From Lingula anatina (taxonomy: Eukaryota; Animalia; Brachiopoda), in contig CM120647.1 in NCBI GenBank assembly GCA_051362555.1, forward strand, positions 13,058,651-13,122,650: a stretch of 64,000 nt of DNA, in the 5' to 3' direction. Every line of letters begins with the position of its first letter. Within the stretch, counting starts at the first letter, position 1. Below, one piece after another: positions 13,984 through 25,300 of this stretch. The notes under the pieces are model-generated. The model did no database searches. It was not told the origin of the DNA and saw only the letters and a program-made list of their open reading frames with translations. The translations under genes and the position numbers were made by a program.

Positions 13984-14877
13984 TTAAGTTTATTTTTGGT
14001 TGGGGGTTCCAAAGAAGTGCCTTAAAGCTGGAAAAAGTCTATTATGCAGGGGTAAATTTTGGACCAAGTGACAAAAATACTCGCATTAGATATATAAATG
14101 TGGATGGATTTTGATATTTAGTATATTACAAAATCAAACAGTCAGTTTCAGTGTTCTCATTTTTTGTTGCAATTAAAAAAAACATGAAACAAGCTTCATA
14201 GCGAACAAAACTGGGTTGTTGTCATATTAACCGTGTTTCTTTTGTTTCTTTCAGTGCGCAAGCGTAGCCTTGAGCCAAGAGCTCCCATAGTGAGCGATTT
14301 CTGTTGGCCTATTCTGGAAATCCCAGTAGACATCAATCACCTCGCAGCACAATCTTCTGAACCACCGAGCGTTTCAAACACAGGTTCGAACAACGTGGAT
14401 GATGAAGAAGAAGAATCAGACTTTGAATTTGAAGATGATGACATTGTCTTGAGTGAGTTGCTTGGCCTGCCAATGATTGATCCTAACATATCCAAGTATT
14501 TTTTGAAAGTTGGCCAAGCTCGTGGAAAATCGCAAGAAAAGAGCGAAGAACAAGATGCAAGTGGGCCCAGTTCTTCATCAGATGGAAGCCATGTACCAGG
14601 AGAACAGGCGGGTGAAAATTGCAATCAAGTTGATCTCAATTCCCAGGAAGCAGCAGGGCCATCAAATCCTGGCATCTCAAATCACCATAGAAACCCAATA
14701 GATGTTGCTATAACAACTGAAAAGGATACAGCTTTGCCACCAGTGCAACCAGTTTGGCAGAAGTTTTCATTTCAAGAAAGGCTGGAACCAAACCTAGCAC
14801 ATCCTAGTGTTGTGGGATCTACTTCTATAGAAGAAGACAAAGAAACTGGAGAAGTTATTTTTATCACAAAATTGTGA
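7110..14877 (+). CDS. RNF217: RBR (RING1-IBR-RING2) E3 ubiquitin ligase, RNF217-like, 768 aa as spliced here
   Basis: Exons 7110-8372, 13123-13324, 13713-13931 and 14255-14877 are all GT-AG and total 2307 nt in frame. Domains: RING1 (CMVC...CCQLPVCNEC...CVNPSC), IBR (CPRC...CSECHLVWCFPCQAPWHEGVTC), RING2 with catalytic GCDHMTC, then SIFGCKYKYLPEKP..RRLIRGS and a hydrophobic TM segment as in RNF217. Confidence 0.9.
8352..8715. repeat. Degenerate tandem copies (~4) of the RNF217 exon 1 3' end, donor and G-tract
   Basis: aagaggtgtcctagctgtaaggtaag...ttggagtattaggtgggg is echoed by aaagtgccccagcagc...ttggaatattatccgggg (~8458), gagtgaccaagctgcaaagtggg...ttggagtataatctgggg (~8545) and aaggtgaccctgctgcaaggtggg...tggaatattatctggag (~8639). 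Confidence 0.7.
8988..9041. repeat. (TA)n microsatellite
   Basis: Uninterrupted TA run. Confidence 0.95.
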
Positions 14878-17800
14878 ACATAAAAACATCTAGGAAGATT
14901 GGGCTCAAGCTAGACATGAATGCAGTCTCAGATGTGTACAGTAATTACCCGCTGTATTCAAACCAATCCAACAAAACAAGGTTTTGTGAAAAGTAATTCT
15001 TATTGTAAAATGAAGTTGTGTTAATGACGGAAGTGCTTTTTTGGAGTAACTAAAGATAGTAAATCATGAAAATAAGGAATACTTGAAAAAGGAGTGTTTG
15101 ATGTATACAGTTAATTACTGTAACTAAGATATTTTTCAACCACAATATATCAGCCAATTCTATCACAATTGTCTAAAAAGCAAAAAGAAAATATGTAGCT
15201 AAAACGGTTATATATTTTATGATGATTATCAGTGTATTTTCTCATTACCTGTGTGTGATATTAATTATAGAAAATTAGCCTGCTAATTAAGGCCTAGAAT
15301 TGCCATGTTCTCACTTAAAGGTGTGATTGCCATTCTTTTGCCCCTCAAGGTCAGGAATGCCCATTGTCCATTTAACACCCAGGTGAAAAAGGTGACAGGC
15401 TATCGTGTTCATTTTAGAAAATGATTGATCATGTTTTCACTTCTTTACATGGAACAAAGAATATTGATTCAAATGCAATTAAACAAGTTATTCAACACTT
15501 CAAAATATTTTCAAACAAGTCAAAACAAATAAAGAAACTTCTATGATACAAGCCATAAGCCATGTGATATTCCTCCTTTCTTTCCACTTTCTAAAATTGG
15601 ATTTCTACATGCTTTAAAAATGTGACATTCTCTGGTGATGGAAAATAATTTCTGATATTCTTTATGATAGATTATCTTTATGATAACTTTTAGAAAAAAG
15701 CCTTGCTGCATTACAGATAAAAATGACTACATGCGAGTTACAGTATAATATAAAATAAATATTACTTATGATTGTTCGTTTCACATTGCAGTCGTGAAGG
15801 TGTTTTAATTTGCTCTCTTTAGAGTAATTATAGAACATGACTTCAGGTATAAATAGCGTTCATGCTTGAGGATTTGAATTATATATTTTTGTTTAAGGGT
15901 ATGAAATGTTTTAATGCCTGAGGGTAGAAATTATATTTATGCCTAAGGTTATAAATATTGTGTTTATGCCATACTATGGTCATAAAAGGCTGGGCTGTCG
16001 CACCTTTATAAACTGAACACTCCTGCTATGTAGGCAAGCATTCATACTGAGTTTACAATTGTCTTTTTCTGTGCTAATAGATGTGAACATTTATGTAGCC
16101 CTGGAGTTTGGCTCATCTTGTGTTACTAAATAGAGATTGTCTTGTGTGACATGAACATCCAGCATTGTGGAAGGTCAACTGCATGTATTTGCACCAGTAA
16201 AGTCTGTGTGTACATTTCACTTGGTTTGAAAGCCTGTTCAAGGGATTTTTGCATAAAAAATCTGGTACCAGCAACAATTTTTGTCAGTTTATTAAAATTC
16301 CAGTCCTGAAACCATGGAATTACATGTGGCAGACTCCATATAATTTTGCACTTTATAATTGATATCTTTTTTTTTTTTTTTTCATCAGCTGAAACTTAAT
16401 GAACTCGTGTTTTCCAATCCTAAAGATTTCTACAGTCTGCTGTATGTGGTGGATATGTTAAAGGCAGGAATAGTTCCATTAGCACAAAATGTACAGATTC
16501 TGTAATTTGGAAAATTATTGTATTTGTTGCTGTTGATTTTTATGCACTTGTCAACTACAGTGGAACCACATAAGCAGGCATGCAGGTTGTGGAATTCATT
16601 TTCTTCTTCTGGCATTTTGCAAATGATCTAACATTTTGCAGACCAAGGTCCACTCGGGCACAGGTGTGTTAATGCATGGTGACTGTAAACTAATGAAGTG
16701 GATACTCTCTGTCAGAGGTCCCTTATAGCTGTTGTAGAAGTTACAACCTATTTTTTTACAGCTAGTGCAGTTAGACGGTACCGAATAATATGATTGTTGA
16801 ATTGTGCAATATATAAATATATATGTGAGTGTGTTGCTGTTTTAATTGTTTTTGGTGGAAATTATCCTGTGTATTTTCATGATGTATAGGAACCTTTGAG
16901 TATAAAACAATGCAATCCTGCTCAAACTAATGCAGTTAGACATTCTTTGTTTAGTTTCTGTGACGTCAAGCACTAGCTACATGCATGAATTATGTAGCGA
17001 ACATAATTAGTTGTTTTTCTTTAAAAATATTGATATGTAACTGAATCCTTCCAACAGTGAGTTTACAAATAAGAGGACTTATAACAGTATCTAAAAAATA
17101 TTAATTGATGGTCCTGGTTGTTTTACAAACATAACACAGAAATTATGATTATATTTTGTGCAGCATATAATAAGCTACTTGACTGCTATGTACGCAAGTA
17201 TAACTAGCCTTCAGTTATTCAAGAAAGTTGACATTATTTATCCAAGTTGCTTTATTTGTGAAGCAGAATCTTCGTTCAAAATCAGGTAAGTAATTAGATC
17301 TAATTACTTCTCGTTGTATACAAATCAGATAATGACAAGTGTTAAGACGTGATCATCAGAGGTGTAGTCATGTGACCAAACCACGTGATGATTCCAGATT
17401 ATCTTTTATGTAGAGAAAATAAACTGGAAATGTTTTGTTGTTATACTGTCATTGATGTCCTCATTTTAGCAACCATCCTGCTTCCAAATACATGTATTTA
17501 ATTCATTTTTTATAAATGAAATTATTAATTCGGTGATCGTAAAAAAACGAATGAGTGGAACCGTAGTAGCCGATGATGGGCGGAACCAACGTGGAACGTG
17601 GCTTTTCATCACAAATAAATGGAAATTTAAAGAGCGACTTCAGACTGAAAACTGCTATTTTATTGCCCCTGTCTGTTATTGTTTTAAGTATCCAACTAGG
17701 CCACTTGTCTTTTTCTCTTTATATACAGACTTAATTCACCCCTAAAATAGTACACAGAATACAATACCAGCCCCTGTTGGAAAACATCCAATCTGCCCGT

Positions 17801-18049
17801 CTGGGTCCAGTTTCTTCAACACTGGACAGCGCTATCCATTGGATAATTTTTTTATCCTCTGGGCAGATATCCTGTGGGAAAAGTAATGTTTCCAAAATGC
17901 TGGACAAATATTTTTGTTTCTGATGTTGCTATCCAATGGTTAAAATGGTTGGTTGCTGCAGGACAACTGTCCATAGGATAACAATTTTATACAGTGGATA
18001 GTGTTATCCATAGGATAGCGCCACCCAGTGTTGATGAAACTGGGCCCAG
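17801..18049. mobile_element. MITE with long imperfect TIRs (PIF/Harbinger-like ends)
   Basis: ctgggtccagtttcttcaacactggacagcgctatccattggataa at the left end mirrors ttatccataggatagcgccacccagtgttgatgaaactgggcccag at the right end. Confidence 0.8.
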
Positions 18050-20158
18050 TTACCCCTCCCCTTACACGGTTGCTCAGCAGCAGTCGAGGAAGATACAATA
18101 ATTCCGCAACAGACTAGTAGTAGCGCAGCCTGTAGCCAAAGAGTAACACATCCCCGTGTTTGCGTGTGAATTACGCCTGCCTCTTCTCTATAGGCGGATT
18201 TACATGGATATGGGGGGGGAGGGTCCAGGGATGCGAAGCAGACCCCCACTTGGCTTGAGGTTCGGGAACCGCTGAAGGGCTGTTTGGTACTGTTTAGAAC
18301 CCCCCCCCCCCCCAATCTAAAGATGATAATAACATAATACTGGAAATATCATATAGTTGCCCTTTGAATTTATAAGGTTTAACTACGGAAATTGCTAGTG
18401 TGAGGCAATGCACGTCAATGTGGCACCAGTATTAACTCCCATGGACACGTGTTTCTGCACGTGACGTGAGTCACTTGATAAACCACGAAGTCGTACATAA
18501 ACGCATGCAATGCAACCTTTATGAAGCAAAACAATTAAGCGTTGTGGATTTTTGCGCACATTTAATTTTTATCACGAAGGCCAAATTCTTTTGGATATTA
18601 ATAACCTTAAAATCGTTTTTGAGTTACAAATGTCTAATTTTATCATCACGATCGAAATTCCCAAGCTAATAATAAAAATTATTTTTTTCCTAAGAAAAAC
18701 TTTTACTAAACTAACATTCCTGGGGTTAACGATTGTTATTTCTGTGTAGCCAACTCTTTCATCTTTTTAACTGACACTCGCCGTAACTTAGTGACAATCT
18801 GGGAAATATAAAAGAGCACTGAACCAATGCTAAAGCTGTGGTTTTTCAAAGCCCGCCATGCTTACTGACCTCAAGACTGTGCGTGATGTGTCAACAGACT
18901 CAAGATAGTTGAGGACATTGGTAACTGAGACTATTTTTTGTGACTTTAATTCATCGTATTTATCTGTTTAAATATGACTAAAAAGTATTACTTGTCCTCA
19001 GATATAATCAACTAGAATTGGTAATTGGTTATGTTAAAACTCACTGTGTCACTTTGAAACTTTGGTCACATAGAAGCCCATCTCATGTTTGCCGTCTGAA
19101 TTCTGTTTTGCGTCAACAACAAAGGTTTCAAGCCATACTTATATGCCACAGAACTTACAGCACTTCCTGAGTTCATCGTTACAAAACAAGAGTAAAAGAA
19201 GGGTAGGTATGAATTCAACATTGTTCGTATCTTTGCTGAAAACATGGCAGTGACTGTCAGACGACATCAGACATGTTTTCTACATCCCAGACACACGTTG
19301 AGGCAGCCTTCTTAACTGTGACCAATTGGGAACGCTAGCACCTGTCGCTGATAAACCATTTTACAACATTTATTACTATGCAGTTGAGCCAAATGCAACT
19401 ATTAACTTTTGTAACGTTCTCCTTGAAAATTTGATTAATTTATATTAGATTTTTTTTTCTGTGGATGTTCAATGTAAAGACCACCCTCTCTGTTCAACAT
19501 GCATGCAAACCCTGGTCAAAATTTTAATATTTTCGACCTGAACAACATCAGTGAACTACTCGTGAGCGGAAGTAGAGATGAGTTTGGGAGAGGGGAGGAG
19601 GGGAGGTAGCCGGCCGGCTGGTTCTTAATAATGAAAAAAATGAAAGATAGTAATTTTCTCTTTAAATTTAAATATTATTTATGTTCCATGCTATTTCTAA
19701 CAATTTGGGTCAACTAAGGTTGAGGAAAGCTCCAATTTTTTCAAAAGAAAGTACCCATATTATACATGTAGAAAAATTGTACTCGCCTGAATATTTGCCG
19801 ATTACGAGCGAAGCCAGGCAAATTTAACGGTCCTTGTGCTACCTCCCCCACCCCCTTCCAACTCACACACATACCCAAAACGAAAATGCAGTGGCATCGT
19901 CTGTTGACGTTGTATAGACCCTAACCAGCTTTGGTCAAAAATAAAAAAAATGTGTAGAATCTGAGTATGAATCTTGAAATTCCTGAACCGAATTTGAATA
20001 GCATAATTGCCTGTGCATGATAAAGTAACAGCCTTAACCATGTGAATGCGCCATTCTTTACTGCCCTTAGACGTTTAAACGCACTTATCTTCCTCTCAAA
20101 TAATAATTCCCCCACTCTGCCCTGGCCCTCGTTACTGGGTGCACCCATTTATAGACCC

Positions 20159-20167
20159 TATATAAAG
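20159..20167 (+). promoter_or_regulatory. TATA box of the serine protease gene
   Basis: tatataaag lies ~60 bp upstream of the signal-peptide ATG at 20224. Confidence 0.6.
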
Positions 20168-20223
20168 AAGTTAACTTTACACAATATTACTTTGAGATAC
20201 CGAGATACAATAGAAACTTAGCG

Positions 20224-22312
20224 ATGAAGTTTCTTATAACGCTAGCGTTGGCAGTAATGCTGTCACCTATGTCACAAGGTATGTTATAGATTGCTCATTG
20301 TATGTGTTAATTCTTCTGCTTATTACTTCCAATAATATGGCTTCTAAATAGTTCCATATGAAAGTTAACGCATGCGAAGTTTAGCGACACGTGTCCAGCA
20401 AAAAGAATTCAACAAATTTCACAATGCGATTTAAGAGGGGAGTAGTTTGTATTCAATTTTAAATTTTAAATCCAGTTTTCATTTTCATATTAAAAACCAT
20501 TTATTTTAAGAAAAACTCGGAATCTGCTCTAGAAAACTCTGTTTTAAGTAAAAGAGTAGTTAAAACGGGGCAGTAAGGTGGCAGTTTTACAAACGTAAGA
20601 CGCACATATGTTCTATTCAGGTTTACGATGCCGAGGCACAGGTAGATGCGTGAGGCAGGGAACATGTGACGGTCTTGTTGACGCCAACTACACGTGCAAA
20701 AGGGCAGGAAAGGTGTGCTGCGTACCGTCCAAAAACTCAACCACTGTAGCTTCGAATTCCATCTACGAAGGCAAGTATAACTGTGCCTCGCGTTCATATC
20801 GTTTTTAACAATGGCTGATTAAACAAAGGGATGATAATGAGCCTCCAAATAATTAACCAAGAGCTCCTTTTAGTATGGAATGGGCCAGAGTCACCCTGAC
20901 ATTCAAAGAGCCTGCAAACTCATTTCTTTATAAGAGAAGTGTTTTCCGTGATTCCTGAAGTATAGACTACACAATAATAATTCAATAACACCGCATTCAC
21001 AACCACAAAGTTGATCCCAGGACTAACAGATCTGCCGATCAAATATGGCCGACCCAATTGAGAGTTTTTCGCGTATCCTCCGCCGGGAAACTATTCAGTT
21101 TCTATTAGCTATTTTCTACAGCTACAGCTTTGGGATAAAAATCTTCCTTTATTAGAATTACCGTACATGTACGTATAATAACTTCAGGGGGCATTTATAA
21201 AGCCAGTGTTACGAAACAATTAATTTTTCTTGTCCGACAGGTGGTGATATGGAACGTTCCTCATTTTATCGTCGAATGACACTTTCGGCTGTTTGCATTG
21301 TATGAATGTTTTTTAAAGTAGCCAAATAATAGTATTATCATCAGTTGAGTTCTTAACGATACATACTTTAGGGTACATTTGTACCAGTAGACATACTAGG
21401 CACTGGGTTTCAGAGAATTTTCTTGGAACATGCACGACGCTTGTTCACAGCATTTTAACTTTTACCACCAGCTTAACACGTGCTTCTAAGTAATTGTGTT
21501 ACAAGTTTCAGGAACCTAGGGAACAATTAAAAGGATTTAAATTAACTGAAATTGACATTAACAGCAAAACGAAAAACTGAATCTAACGAGGGTGACCTTT
21601 TCCATCATTCTCTCATGAACACTCTGGCGATGCTAATTGGAATGGCTGCGCAGTAAAGAATAATACCTTAAATTAATTTCTCCTCTGTTTGCAATGCAAT
21701 GTGAAATGCTGTTGATTATATTTGACTTTGACATTTTGTTCCTGGCAAACTAAACATACTGCCCTAGTAAAGATAAAATTATAACTAGTTTTTTTTTCAA
21801 ATAACTTGGGAAATCAGACATAAATAAAGTGGGAGAATTCAATAAATTAATTAATTAATGATTGTGAAAGGGTTTCGGCCATACTACGTTGTACTAGTAT
21901 TTAATTTTATATGTTTTTGCATTTTTTTTTCAAAAACACATGTATTATTGAATCTTCCTGATATCAGTATCCACACAGAGCACTAAATCATTCATGATCT
22001 AGTGAGGAAAACACTCTTATAAAAATCAATTTTCTCGAAGGCTCTTGCGGCACGGTGGGGAACTCACGTATTGTGGGAGGGGACACTGCTGACGCGCACG
22101 AATGGCCTTGGCAGGTCTCTCTTCATCTTAACAGTAGGGAGCAGCACGTGTGTGGAGGCATACTGGTCAACGAGGAGTGGGTAGTGACAGCAGCGCACTG
22201 CGTCCACGGGTAGGCCTAAGTCTAGTACTTACTATGAACCAACTGTCCATCTATCTGTCCACCCATCCACCATAATTTGATTCATTCATTTGCTTTGTCA
22301 TATATGTAATCG

Positions 22313-22355
<43 letters not shown>

Positions 22356-25300
22356 CTTTCATTAATAATTTTATTAAATATTCAACATTTATAAATAACA
22401 TTTCTCCATCCATCTCGATCCAGATCTTGTATGCATAATAACTTCATTGAACATTCAACATGTATTCATCTCCAGGTCTGGTATGAACGCCCCCGGTGAT
22501 TGGACGTTAGTTCTAGGTGAGCACCACCTGGCGGAGGAAAGCAACAATGAAATACGTCGCAGTGTGGGAAAAATAATAGCTGTAAGTAGACCTTCAGTGA
22601 ATATGGTTTTTCCCTTTCTGCATTTTTTATAGCTCTGCATTAAAACTCTTTTAGTTAAAAGGCAAAGACAGTGGAAGTAGTGAAAGTTTTTTTTTTTTTT
22701 TATAAAACTACTAGCTAGAATTTTAACTCTAAGATAATTGTGAACATAAGATTAATACATTGTATATTTGGTCTTCCTCTGTGAAATTATTATGAGCTAC
22801 TTGTTCACATAAAATTACCTTAGCGTTAGCCAACGAAAACCCGGCAAGTTATTGACTGCGGGTGTAAATTGTATATTCTCACATTGTATTTCAATGGGCT
22901 GGATTAAACGTGATTAAAACTAATAAAAAGACCACAGGTAATTACAAAAGCATTTTATTTCAACAGCTTTGACATAGATGAACAAGACAATGTAAAAAAA
23001 CTGTGTGAAAAGTGAATGTTACAGAAAGTTACAGGGTTGGGGGTATACTCAGTACTATAAAAGTACCCATCTTTCTACACAGCATCCCAACTACAAGAGC
23101 TACGGCACTTATGCCAATGACATTGCTTTAATGAAACTAGCGACCCCTATCCAGATGAGTCGCACCATGCAGCCCGCTTGCGTGGCACGCCCTGGTCAGG
23201 TGTTCCTAGGCAACGGGGACTGTTGGATCACTGGCTGGGGAGATACAAAGAGTAAGTGAGTGAATGCGGTTTTAGTTTTGACTTGCGTCGAAAAAGACAA
23301 TACAAAAGCGCCAAAATAGGCGTGATTTAAATCTCAGATAAATAATATACATATTGTAACAAAGGGGGTCACAAGAGCCACGAATCTGCTATTTAAAATC
23401 ATTAGAAACAATGTAAACATGTGCTGCACGATCGTCTGCTATGACCGGAATCTACTTTTCTTCAATAACTTTACATTAAATCTTACCTAAGACTTCGTTT
23501 TTCCTTAGAGACATATGTCCTGGAGTTTATCCAACTAAACCCATAGGTTAATTCTTCATTTAAATCCCAAATAATGGAAATACGGCGCTAAATCTACAAT
23601 ACACAAGTTAGTGAAACTTCCATGCAGAGCGGCCATGCTGTTAGGTCGCGACCTTCGACCTTTGACCGCAGCGCGAGCATGACGTAACGGAGTCTATAAA
23701 TAGGGCTGCAGAGCCAAAGCGGGGGTTCTTCGAAAAGCTGACTCCCCTCTCGACAGAATCAACAGCCTATAGTACCAGTGAGTTAGATTTTATTTAGAGG
23801 GTGCCCCCGCGGGGGTAACCCGCCTGTCATTAGCCATTTTCTATGTAGTTTGGGACTGAATTTAATGAAACTTTATCTAATTTTAGTAAGTTCAACTTGT
23901 AGTAGTTGCTAGATCGAAGTTACGTTCTCTGTTTAGATATTTCGCGTAGCTTCCCCATGACCTCCCTTTTTTTTTTACTATTAACCGTTTTTCACCACTA
24001 ATTACCCGCTTCTGTTGTTTTGCACTCCCTGTGCAAGTAATTAAGTGATGTTCAGTTAATTTTTTTCTTCTCTTTTACCTGTTCGTCTATGTTACTGTAG
24101 TTATCTCTAGGAGATCAAATGCACTCTTAGGTTATATCTATAGGTTATCTTAAGTTATCTTAACAGGTTATCTCTATAAGAGAACATGTTATCTTAGGTT
24201 ATCTCTACAGGTTATCCTAAGTTATCTTCATGGGTTATCTCTATAAGATCAAAGGTTATCTCAGGTTATCTCTATAGGTTATCTTAAGTTATCTTAACAG
24301 GTTATCTCTATAAGAGAACATGTTATCTTAGGTTATCTCTATAGGTTATCTTAGGTTATCTTAATGGGTTATCTCTATAAGATCAAAGGTTATCTCAGGT
24401 TATCTCTATAGGTTATCTTAAGTTATCTTAACAGGTTATCTCTATAAGAGAACATGTTATCTTAGGTTATCTCTACAGGTTATCTTAGGTTATCTTCATG
24501 GGTTATCTCTATAAGATCAAAGGTTATCTCAGGTTATCTCTATAGGTTATCTTAAGTTATCTTAACAGGTTATCTCTATAAGAGAACATGTTATCTTAGG
24601 TTATCTCTATAGGTTATCTTAAGTTATCTTAACAGGTTATCTCTATAAGAGAACATGTTATCTTAGGTTATCTCTACAGGTTATCTTAAGTTATCTTAAT
24701 GGGTTATCTCTATAAGAGAACACGTTATCTCAGGTTATCTCTATAGGTTATCTTAAGTTATCTTAACAGGTTATCTCTATAAGAGAACATGTTATCTTAG
24801 GTTATCTCTACAGGTTATCCTAGGTTATCTTCATGGGTTATCTCTATAAGATCAAAGGTTATCTCAGGTTATCTCTATAGATTATCTTAAGTTATCTTAA
24901 CAGGTTATCTCTATAAGAGAACATGTTATCTTAGGTTATCTTAATGGGTTATCTTTATAAGATCAAAGGTTATCTCAGGTTATCTCTATAGGTTATCTTA
25001 AGTTATCTTAACAGGTTATCTCTATAAGAGAACATGTTATCTTAGGTTATCTCTACAGGTTATCCTAGGTTATCTTCATGGGTTATCTCTATAAGATCAA
25101 AGGTTATCTCAGGTTATCTCTATAGATTATCTTAAGTTATCTTAACAGGTTATCTCTATAAGAGAACATGTTATCTTAGGTTATCTTAATGGGTTATCTT
25201 TATAAGATCAAAGGTTATCTCAGGTTATCTCTATAGGTTATCTTAAGTTATCTTAACAGGTTATCTCTATAAGAGAACATGTTATCTTAGGTTATCTCTA

